DNA of 49,185 nt from an uncultured Candidatus Saccharibacteria bacterium. Its GTDB lineage: Bacteria; Patescibacteriota; Minisyncoccia; Phycocordibacterales; Phycocordibacteraceae. The stretch covers positions 81,280 through 130,464 of the forward strand of contig CAYMNZ010000001.1 in NCBI GenBank assembly GCA_964391975.1. Reading direction: 5' to 3'. The notes beneath the pieces were generated by a model that saw nothing but the letters and a program-made list of their open reading frames with translations, searched no databases and was not told the DNA's origin. Each line of letters starts with the position of its first letter. Positions within the stretch are counted from its first letter, which is position 1. Positions 28,763-36,644 of this stretch are shown piece by piece. Position numbers and translations under genes: made by a program.

Positions 28763-29182
28763 ATGGAAGTAGTCATTAACTGGTGGGCGATGCTCGGCTG
28801 CGTGGTCGCCGCAATGGCAATCGGTTCACTTTGGTTTGGTCCTCTGTTTGGGAAGATGTGGATGGGTCTCATCGGGCTTACGCCTGAGGGCATGAAGTCT
28901 ATGAAGATGACGGTTGCGGGCGCTATGTTTGGAGGGGCAGTAACGTCCTTCTTGATGGCGTATGTTCTTGCGCACGTCTACACTTTTGCGAGTGCGTACA
29001 CCGGCATGGTGGGTGTGACGGGTGGCCTCACTGCCGCCTTCTGGTGCTGGCTTGGCTTTGCGGTTCCCCTTACCGCAGGAGGGTTTCTCTGGGAAGGGAA
29101 GAGCTGGAAGTTGTGGGCGCTTACCGCTGCCTATTGGTTGGTGACCTTGCTAGCGATGGGCGCCATCATCGGCGGCTTCTAG
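28763..29182 (+). CDS. DUF1761 family membrane protein
   Basis: INWWA..., IGSLWFGPLFGKMWM; four TM helices. Confidence 0.85.
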   Translation: MEVVINWWAMLGCVVAAMAIGSLWFGPLFGKMWMGLIGLTPEGMKSMKMTVAGAMFGGAVTSFLMAYVLAHVYTFASAYTGMVGVTGGLTAAFWCWLGFAVPLTAGGFLWEGKSWKLWALTAAYWLVTLLAMGAIIGGF

Positions 29183-29244
29183 TTGAAGGAAATCGGTTTT
29201 TCAAGTATCGTGCGTTCTCAAGGCGACTCCTGTCGCCTTGAAAT

Positions 29245-29315
29245 TGCGGGATCGTCTAATGGTAGGACGCGACCCTCTGGAGGTCGTTATCTAGGTTCGA
29301 GTCCTAGTCCCGCAG
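29245..29315 (+). tRNA. tRNA-Gln (CTG), full CCA not encoded
   Basis: TGCGGGA/TCCCGCA acceptor stem, CGACC-CTCTGGA-GGTCG anticodon arm, CTAGG-TTCGAGT-CCTAG T-arm. Confidence 0.95.
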
Positions 29316-29336
29316 CCGCCTTGCTACACTTCAGTT

Positions 29337-30314
29337 ATGGAAGTCTCTAGAGAAATTTTTGTTCCAGCCGTCTGCTCAACAGACGGGGCATGTGAACTCG
29401 TCCAGGATTCAATGAGGCTCGATATTCTGCACCATGAAAATGGTCAAACAGCAGAGGCGTACCCAATTCATCTTGAAGATGGGAAATTCTTCTCGGAAGT
29501 ATTTGGCGCGTCTTTTTCAGAAGTTGAAGAGTATCGGAAGCACATACTCAATACGGTACATTTGATTACGAGTTCCTTTACCGATGGCGCGCTTGCATAT
29601 GAGCAGATTGATGTGGTGGGGAAGCGCATACAGGAAATCGATGTGGAATTTGCAAAGCCGAAGATTGGGCGACCACTCGACATCATTCATCAGCAGTATG
29701 GCCCCAACCCCAATCATCCATACCGCAAGATAACTCTCATTCGCACTACAGTCCCGGTGCGTATGGAGGAAGGTATCAAGCGGTTCTTTTTTGAGAAGTT
29801 CCTCGTTGTATATTCATTCCTAGATGAAAACGGAATGCGCCGTTCGACCATAACCCCTATACACTCGCATCCCTATAATCATGAGGTCGTCTATTTCGTA
29901 AAACACGGTCCTGGCTCGAGAGCTGTTGAACGAGAGTATTTACCTACTGACAAATCAGGTACTCCATTCGTTTCTGCTGAAGGCGTATTCAATCCGGCTT
30001 TAATCAGTTCTGATGGATTGCTCTCATTGGAGAATCTGCAAACCCAATTCAAGAAGGAAGAAACACTTGAAGGCACAGATGTGCCCATCCCGCTTGAACC
30101 ATTCGAATCAGAGTTCCTCTCTCGTAATCCGCACTTTATATCTCAAACTGATGGTCTCTTTCGACCCCACCAAGTGACGATCCATGACTCGGAGGAAGAA
30201 GGAGGGACACTCTACTACGCCTTCAATAACTACTGGGGACCGCTCGGCCGCGTCATCGTATACAACGATTCAGGCGAACCCCTCGTCTGGCGTCACAAGG
30301 AATGGGACAAATAG
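29337..30314 (+). CDS. Hypothetical protein with a cupin-like metal-binding motif
   Basis: TPIHSHPYNHE (HxHxxxxE) and a distal RPHQV histidine. Confidence 0.6.
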   Translation: MEVSREIFVPAVCSTDGACELVQDSMRLDILHHENGQTAEAYPIHLEDGKFFSEVFGASFSEVEEYRKHILNTVHLITSSFTDGALAYEQIDVVGKRIQEIDVEFAKPKIGRPLDIIHQQYGPNPNHPYRKITLIRTTVPVRMEEGIKRFFFEKFLVVYSFLDENGMRRSTITPIHSHPYNHEVVYFVKHGPGSRAVEREYLPTDKSGTPFVSAEGVFNPALISSDGLLSLENLQTQFKKEETLEGTDVPIPLEPFESEFLSRNPHFISQTDGLFRPHQVTIHDSEEEGGTLYYAFNNYWGPLGRVIVYNDSGEPLVWRHKEWDK

Positions 30315-30349
30315 GTTCGAATATCGTCCCAGACAGCCAGCAAAGTCGA
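30315..30349 (+). repeat. att-like motif, copy 3, containing the tRNA-Gln terminal CAGCC
   Basis: 30 of 35 nt identical to 32061-32095; begins right after the stop codon. Confidence 0.8.
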
Positions 30350-30469
30350 AAATCAGCGTTTTTGATGATAAAAAGACTAGTTTTCTCAACTATTGCATTC
30401 CAATAAGAGAGGAGCAGAATATGGGGTAGAAGTACAATACTCCAATTATTCCTTATTAATCACTCGAAC

Positions 30470-30859
30470 ATGGCAAAGCAGCGCGTCTTCATTAGCTTCG
30501 ATTACGACAACGATAGCGATATAAAAATGTTACTGGCTGGCCAGGCGAAATTAACGGACTCCCCTTTCGATTTTACTGATGCTTCTGTGAAAGAAGCCAT
30601 GTCAGGAGATTGGAAAGCAAAAGTAAAGCGTCGACTAGGAAATTGTGACCAGATGGCTGTTCTTTGTGGTGCGTCTACACACACAGCAAGTGGAGTATCT
30701 GCGGAGCTTGAAATCGCTCAAGAACTGGGCCTACCTTATTTTTTGCTGGAAGGACGGTCGGCTAAGACTTGTACTAAGCCAAAATCTGCTCGAACTACCG
30801 ACAAAATGTATTCCTGGACTTGGCCTAATCTTAAATCACTTATAGGAGGAGGAAGGTAA
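30470..30859 (+). CDS. TIR-like protein (ThsB/DUF1863 type)
   Basis: RVFISFDYDND, putative catalytic Glu in GVSAELEIA, WTWPNL C-terminus. Confidence 0.85.
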   Translation: MAKQRVFISFDYDNDSDIKMLLAGQAKLTDSPFDFTDASVKEAMSGDWKAKVKRRLGNCDQMAVLCGASTHTASGVSAELEIAQELGLPYFLLEGRSAKTCTKPKSARTTDKMYSWTWPNLKSLIGGGR

Positions 30860-31848
30860 TGAGAAAGGCACTTATAATCGGCATTGATAAGTACGCTAGT
30901 TCTCCTTTAACTGGTTGTGAAAATGATGCTGTTGCGATTGACAATACCTTGCAAACAAATGGTGACGGCTCACCAAACTTCACGACTAAACTAATCACTA
31001 GTGACAATGTAAATGTTACAAGCGAAGTTATACATAATGCACTTAAGGAATTATTTTCAGGTGACGCAGAGACTGCACTCCTCTATTTTGCCGGTCACGG
31101 AATAATAAGCCCGTCAACGAACGCTGGTTACATTGTTAGCCAAGATGGGAAGAATGGAAGCTGGGGTGTTTCCTTAAATGAAATTCTAGGAATGGCAAAT
31201 AAAGCCTATCCGAAGATTAATTCTACGGTGATAATTTTTGATAGCTGCAATTCTGGTTATACGGGTGAGGTTGAGGCTCTTAATAATGAGAATATTTCAG
31301 CAATAGGAACAGGTGTAACCATTCTTACTGCCTGCCATAGAGACGGTGGGGCAGCAGAGGCCAATGGGCACGGATTATTTACCCAGATACTATTAGACGG
31401 TCTTGCAGGTGCATCTGCCGATATCTTGGGACGTATTACTCCAGCTTCCGTTTATTCGCATATTGACCAGACTCTTGGTGCATGGGAACAAAGGCCTATC
31501 TATAAGGCAAATGTTCAAACTTTCGTTACATTGAGAAATGTAGCCCCGAAAATACCGCTTGAGGCATTACGTCGCTTAACAACATATTTTCCGACACCAA
31601 CAGAGCAGTTTCAGCTTGACCCCTCTTTTGAGCCTGACAGGGAGAATATTCCAGAGAAATTGAGGCATATTCCACAGGATGAAAATAATGTCCGTATCTT
31701 CAAAGAATTACAGGACTTCAATCGTTATGGACTAGTAGTCCCGGTTGATGCTGAGCATATGTATTATGCAGCCATTGAATCTAAATCCTGCAGGCTAACA
31801 GCTTTAGGAGCTCACTATAGAAATCTTGCGGAAAAAAATCGTATCTAA
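30859..31848 (+). CDS. Caspase-like protease (peptidase C14), putative Thoeris type IV effector
   Basis: RKALIIGIDKY, LTGCENDA, YFAGHG (His), FDSCNSG (Cys), GLFT; TAATG-coupled to the TIR gene. Confidence 0.9.
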   Translation: MRKALIIGIDKYASSPLTGCENDAVAIDNTLQTNGDGSPNFTTKLITSDNVNVTSEVIHNALKELFSGDAETALLYFAGHGIISPSTNAGYIVSQDGKNGSWGVSLNEILGMANKAYPKINSTVIIFDSCNSGYTGEVEALNNENISAIGTGVTILTACHRDGGAAEANGHGLFTQILLDGLAGASADILGRITPASVYSHIDQTLGAWEQRPIYKANVQTFVTLRNVAPKIPLEALRRLTTYFPTPTEQFQLDPSFEPDRENIPEKLRHIPQDENNVRIFKELQDFNRYGLVVPVDAEHMYYAAIESKSCRLTALGAHYRNLAEKNRI

Positions 31849-31856
31849 TTATTAAA

Positions 31857-31880
31857 ACGACCTCGGAGTTCCGAGGTCGT
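31857..31880 (+). terminator. Hairpin after the caspase gene (terminator-like)
   Basis: ACGACCTCGG-AGTT-CCGAGGTCGT; weak U tail. Confidence 0.55.
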
Positions 31881-31888
31881 ACTTAGTT

Positions 31889-31936
31889 AGATGGAGCCTT
31901 GTATGTTGCCTTGTGGCAACATACAAGGCTCCATCT
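31889..31936. repeat. Perfect 22-bp inverted repeat with a 4-nt loop
   Basis: AGATGGAGCCTTGTATGTTGCC-TTGT-GGCAACATACAAGGCTCCATCT. Confidence 0.95.
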
Positions 31937-32060
31937 TAAACGTCAAGAAAATAGAGACACAAATCTGTGCGCCAAGCAGCAACCAAGCTAATCTTGAGGT
32001 AAATGAGGTGCTAGAAAGCATAAATCTTCTGTTACAGTATATCAAACGTAGGCAAAAAAA

Positions 32061-32095
32061 GTTCCAACATCGTCCAAGACAGCCAGCCAAGTTGA
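32061..32095 (+). repeat. att-like motif, copy 4, containing the tRNA-Gln terminal CAGCC
   Basis: GTTCCAACATCGTCCAAGACAGCCAGCCAAGTTGA; direct repeat of 30315-30349. Confidence 0.8.
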
Positions 32096-32383
32096 GTGGG
32101 GTTCTGATGCAGGAGATACGTTGATTTTGTGGAAGTGGCTACTGGCCGTTAGAACTTCGCTGATGCAAAGCAACTCTTTATATTTCCTACGAGTGGCGGA
32201 TGACTGGGTATCATCGTAAGTACACGAAAGCCAATACGTGTCTACGGAGTGCCCAAAACTAGGACGGGAGATGGTTGGTTTGCTTGATGTCCCCACACTC
32301 TTGCACGATTTGCTTGTAGGTGTAATATACGGGTCATATAGTAATTATAAGCCGTACCCGTTAATTATTTAGCCTGAATACCT

Positions 32384-32596
32384 ATGGACAAGCAAGAACG
32401 CTTCAAGAAACTCGCAACGACTCGTACAAACGAGGTTCTTTATCGTTTGAAGGTCCTAGGCAACTGCTCTAACCGCCAACTGTATGCCTACGAGGAGAAG
32501 GACGTGGACAAGATTTTCTCTGAAATAGAGAAGAAGGTTAAGGAAGCGAAGGCAAAGTTCAATTTCCCTAAGAAGGGTGAGAAATTCAAACTCTAA
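32384..32596 (+). CDS. Small basic helical protein (possible regulator)
   Basis: 70 aa, first gene of a tightly packed four-gene operon. Confidence 0.75.
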   Translation: MDKQERFKKLATTRTNEVLYRLKVLGNCSNRQLYAYEEKDVDKIFSEIEKKVKEAKAKFNFPKKGEKFKL

Positions 32597-32601
32597 TACT
32601 T

Positions 32602-33222
32602 ATGGAAACGAACACACACGGCCTCAGTAGATTGGAAAAACTCATCCTCTTCCTTTACGAGAAGGGGAATGGCCAGCCTGTTAAGGTTCGCTACGAAGAT
32701 ATCGTAGTCGGAGTCTTCAAGAAGTATCCACACGACTTCCATCTCAAAGACTATCCAGAGTATCCAGATTCTGGAGACATGATTCACAAGCCACTCTACG
32801 ACGCTAAGAAAAAGGGCTATCTCAATGCCGCTAATAAAGTATTTGCTCTCACTGACCGTGGCCTCGACTACGCGAAACAACTTGCTGAAAGAGGCACTGG
32901 TAATAAGGAGACTGTTTCTAAAGACCGCCTCTCACGCAACACGACTATTGAGTTCGCACGAATCAAGGGCCTTGAAGGGTTTGAGTTGTTCGTAAAAGGA
33001 CAGGGACACAAACTCACCGACAACGACTTCTATGACTATCTTGGTGTGACGGTTCGTACCCAGAAGAATGCTGTGATAGGTCGTATGAACACGCTCGATG
33101 CCGTCCAAAAGGAACTAAAGAATCACGACAACAATCCCACCGCTGTGAAGGTAGTGGAATATCACGACTTCCTTGTGGCCAAGAACCAGAGCGTAGTCAG
33201 TTTCTTCACTTCTAAGAATTAA
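32602..33222 (+). CDS. Hypothetical protein with a probable winged-helix N-terminus
   Basis: Helix pattern ending in KKKGYL...FALTDRGLDYA, a wing-like signature. Confidence 0.65.
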   Translation: METNTHGLSRLEKLILFLYEKGNGQPVKVRYEDIVVGVFKKYPHDFHLKDYPEYPDSGDMIHKPLYDAKKKGYLNAANKVFALTDRGLDYAKQLAERGTGNKETVSKDRLSRNTTIEFARIKGLEGFELFVKGQGHKLTDNDFYDYLGVTVRTQKNAVIGRMNTLDAVQKELKNHDNNPTAVKVVEYHDFLVAKNQSVVSFFTSKN

Positions 33223-33224
33223 CT

Positions 33225-35342
33225 ATGGCTACCAACAAAATACTCGCAATCAAAGAGGTCGCAAACGAATTCGACGATAACATCCTCGATATTTTCGGGG
33301 CAGAATTCAAATTCGACCATGTAAAGGGAATGGCGGAGTGGCTTAAGAATTCCGTTGACGCATATCGTCGTAATGACGTTCCCGCTTCAGAACACACCAT
33401 CGTGTTTCGATTCCTAGACCAAGGGATGACTTTCCCGACTATCGAGTGCATAGACTTCATCGGAATGACGAAGGTTGATATTGAGAAGTCTTTCAAACGC
33501 TGGGGAGACCCAAATGCCGCTAAGCGAGGCAATAAGACCGACAAGAATAAGAAGATGTTTGGTGGCCACGGAAACGGAGGCAAGTTCTACATGCGCCAGA
33601 TGTTCAAGCAGTCGCGCTTCATAACCTACAAGGACGGAATGCTTAATGTGTTCGGTTTTAGTGAGAATCGGAAGTACGGCTTTGTGCCTGGATATGAGGA
33701 CAAGAAAATGACTCCAAAGCAAGCACTTGAGTACGCAGAATTGACTGGCCTCATTCCTGACGAACTCAAAAAGAAAATCCTAAATCACGAGACAGGCTTT
33801 ACGTCCGTTCAAGGTATTGGTCCAGATAGTGTGAAGGGAAAAATAAACGTTAAACGAGAGATGGAACGCTTCAAGAACTATCCTCAGTCTCGACGCATCC
33901 TTCTCCGAAGCCAAGTCTCCGTTACATACAACGACGGTGTTCTGTACCCAAGTCTCAAGCCAGACGAGCTTGACCCGTTGGAGAAATTCAAGGACCCGCG
34001 AATAATTCAGATTCCAGAGAAACTCACGACTCAATCTGGTTCACAGAAAGTGACTGTCGTGATGGTTACTCAGAAGTATCCGCCAGGCAATCTCGTCCTC
34101 AAGACCTCGTCGGAGGCTATGACAAGGGGAACCATATTGGGTGAACTCAACCGCATAGACATACTTGGAGAGGTGGGTGTAATCGGCTCGTACTCCTTGT
34201 ACGAACTGGGAGTTAAAGGTTTCCCTGCGGCTGGCTTCGTCTATGGAGAATTTGGACCTGCAGTTGAAAATGACGCGTCTATTCTTGAAGACCCTGACAA
34301 TGATTGTGTTACGAATGACCGATCAAAACTGTCGGTCAACGACACGACGAAGGCACTTCTTGAGTGGATAGCCACTGAGGTTGATAAACTCGCTGACGAA
34401 ATAACGGCAATCGAACGGGAGAAGCAAAAAGCAAACCAGAAGGAAATCACGTCAAAGTTCAATGACGTTCTCAACTCGTGGAAGAACAAGCACATGAGCA
34501 AAATCATGTCTGACTTCTTTGGGACTGGTGCAGAAGGAAAGGGAGGGGGTGGAGCAAATCCAACACCAGAACACCAGATACTTCCGCCACCTAACGGATT
34601 CGACTTCAAGTATCCACGAGCAGAAATCGAAATGGGAAAGAAGGCAAACATGACACTTAAGGTGTCTGTCCCGAACGTACTTCCTATTGGTGGAACGGTC
34701 TTTGTTTCTTCAAGTTCCGACAAAGTGTTCTTGGAGACTGAAAAGTATGTCGTTAAGTCCGACCTCATTAAGACGGATGAAAAGGGACAGGATATTGCCT
34801 TCATCAATGTCAGTGTCGAAGGTGTGGAAATCGGTGCAGAGGCAACTATTACCGCCACTGACAAGAAGCGCACCGCAACAATGACTGTTGTCGTTATTGC
34901 AGAGAAGGAAAGTCATAAGGGTAAGCAGTTCCCACAAGTGTTGCTTTCCAGCCACGATGCAGACCCTCTCGGTTCTGGTGGTGAGACAGTCGTTCTTGGA
35001 GAGCGCGACCCTATCGTCTACCAGCGACCACAGGACTTGCGATCCAATATCTATTGGATAAACACTTCAAGCCCGATGGCCTCGAAGATATATGACAAGT
35101 TCCGTTTCGATTCTCCTCAATGGCGAACCTATCTCTTTGACCGCTACGTGGACATCTTTGTTAAAGAGGCTGTGCATGACTTGGAAAAGAAGGACTTACA
35201 GAACTTCACGGCTGACTCTGTTGACCGACGCATAGAAGAAGTCGTGCGTAAGGTCCATCAGAGCGCAAACGAAGACTTGGAAGACTTCCTTTTCGACTCG
35301 ACCTACATAGTTCCTGAAACGGAAAAGTCCGAAAAGGATTAA
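33225..35342 (+). CDS. GHKL (MORC/Hsp90-like) ATPase
   Basis: EWLKNSVDA (N box), IDFIGMT (G1-like), GGHGNGGK (G2), TGFT; then a coiled coil, a Gly linker and a beta-rich region. Confidence 0.8.
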   Translation: MATNKILAIKEVANEFDDNILDIFGAEFKFDHVKGMAEWLKNSVDAYRRNDVPASEHTIVFRFLDQGMTFPTIECIDFIGMTKVDIEKSFKRWGDPNAAKRGNKTDKNKKMFGGHGNGGKFYMRQMFKQSRFITYKDGMLNVFGFSENRKYGFVPGYEDKKMTPKQALEYAELTGLIPDELKKKILNHETGFTSVQGIGPDSVKGKINVKREMERFKNYPQSRRILLRSQVSVTYNDGVLYPSLKPDELDPLEKFKDPRIIQIPEKLTTQSGSQKVTVVMVTQKYPPGNLVLKTSSEAMTRGTILGELNRIDILGEVGVIGSYSLYELGVKGFPAAGFVYGEFGPAVENDASILEDPDNDCVTNDRSKLSVNDTTKALLEWIATEVDKLADEITAIEREKQKANQKEITSKFNDVLNSWKNKHMSKIMSDFFGTGAEGKGGGGANPTPEHQILPPPNGFDFKYPRAEIEMGKKANMTLKVSVPNVLPIGGTVFVSSSSDKVFLETEKYVVKSDLIKTDEKGQDIAFINVSVEGVEIGAEATITATDKKRTATMTVVVIAEKESHKGKQFPQVLLSSHDADPLGSGGETVVLGERDPIVYQRPQDLRSNIYWINTSSPMASKIYDKFRFDSPQWRTYLFDRYVDIFVKEAVHDLEKKDLQNFTADSVDRRIEEVVRKVHQSANEDLEDFLFDSTYIVPETEKSEKD

Positions 35343-35346
35343 CGCA

Positions 35347-36642
35347 ATGACTACGCCCCCAATTACTGAAGGAAACGAAGTTGATTCCACAACTGTCCTT
35401 CCAGAATTGGGAGGAGATGATGACGTATTGGATACGTTGGCTAGTCTCTTTGGTGTATCCAAAGAAGCAGTCGAGGAGAAGTCCCGAAGACACGACATCG
35501 TAGGTATTCGACAGATGATTATGTACCTCCTTCGTGAGTACGGAGGAATGTCGTTCCCTTCGATTGGCCGCCTCATAGGTAATAGAGACCACACAACGGT
35601 CATGTACACCTATACGAAGGTAAAACAAGAGGTTGCAGACGACCCTTCTATTCTTGACGGGGTTGCTGGTCCAATCGTTGTAGCAAAAGCAATCAAAGTC
35701 CGGAAACAGCAACTTGAGGAAGAACTCAGGGGTATGAACGCCACGCTTTATGCGGAAGCAAGGGCCACGATTCAGTCTGCACGTCTTAAACGCAGGGAGC
35801 CACGCGTAAGACCTATACCAGAACGAGATACAAAAATCCTTGAGATGTATCGAGAGGGACTAACTCTACAGAACATTTCAGATCTTGTTGGGATTACGCG
35901 TGAACGTGTACGCCAAGTCGTACTCAGTACGATTCGCACCATAGCCATAAATGAATCAATCACGAAGGGTATCGTCATGGACATTGATGTACTCGTTGAG
36001 GAGGAGAATAAAAAACGTGACGCGGCAAAGGAATCGAAGAAGTCAGTTAAGGAAAAGAAGGAGAAACCAGAGGGCCCAAAACGTTGGAGTTGGTACTACG
36101 ATGTGTGTCAGGAATGTGGTTCGAGTACCTTTCCTCATAAACGAAAAGGCATCTGTCAGCGATGTCTAGGAGCATTTAGTGGTCCTGTTCGAGAGAAGAT
36201 TATCAATGACCACGATAACAAGTGTGCTGTTTGTGGTATCACTCGTCCAGAAGCCATAGGCACTCAAGGAAGGGACTTGTACATCATGAAAGACCAGACA
36301 GTGCTTTGTCGTAAGCACTTCCTAGAATCTTCTGGTCAACGAATGGGGGCTTACAAAAACCACGAATGGAGTCGTTTTCATGCTGCATGCAAGAAGTGTG
36401 GAACAACTACCGTATCTCACGCTAGTCGCGGGTTCTGTATGGATTGCAACCCTCTATTAACGAGTGAACAGCGTGAACATATAATAGTGAAGAAAGGGAG
36501 TGTTTGTAGTCGCTGCGGTATCGCACGAGAAGATGCTAAAAAGGAATACGATGCTGACTTTCGAGTTACGAAGACTGACGAAACTCTTTGTATGAAGTGT
36601 TTTTCGGAATACGCACGAGGCAACTTCAAGAAACCAGCCTAG
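35347..36642 (+). CDS. Fusion protein: DnaA domain IV HTH + sigma70 region-4 HTH + duplicated Zn-finger modules
   Basis: RQMIMYLLRE..SFPSIGRLIGNRDHTTVMY; TLQNISDLVGITRERVRQ; multiple CxxC pairs. Confidence 0.8.
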   Translation: MTTPPITEGNEVDSTTVLPELGGDDDVLDTLASLFGVSKEAVEEKSRRHDIVGIRQMIMYLLREYGGMSFPSIGRLIGNRDHTTVMYTYTKVKQEVADDPSILDGVAGPIVVAKAIKVRKQQLEEELRGMNATLYAEARATIQSARLKRREPRVRPIPERDTKILEMYREGLTLQNISDLVGITRERVRQVVLSTIRTIAINESITKGIVMDIDVLVEEENKKRDAAKESKKSVKEKKEKPEGPKRWSWYYDVCQECGSSTFPHKRKGICQRCLGAFSGPVREKIINDHDNKCAVCGITRPEAIGTQGRDLYIMKDQTVLCRKHFLESSGQRMGAYKNHEWSRFHAACKKCGTTTVSHASRGFCMDCNPLLTSEQREHIIVKKGSVCSRCGIAREDAKKEYDADFRVTKTDETLCMKCFSEYARGNFKKPA

Positions 36643-36644
36643 GC

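Noticed and set aside
30315-32095. CRISPR array
   Set aside because: The repeats are separated by whole genes rather than 30-40 nt spacers, and there are no cas genes.
30315-32130. Classical integron attC sites
   Set aside because: The motif has AAC and some downstream GTT, but I find no consistent R''/L''/L'/R' hairpin across the copies and no intI in the window. An IntegronFinder run would settle it.
31887-32296. Short ORFs 31891-32124, 31887-32090 and 32042-32296
   Set aside because: They run across the palindrome and repeat and show no family motifs; only the WLAVLDDVGTFF tail is informative as a possible recombinase remnant.
35347-36642. True dnaA or a replication origin
   Set aside because: No AAA+ domain, no dnaN, and no DnaA-box cluster nearby.
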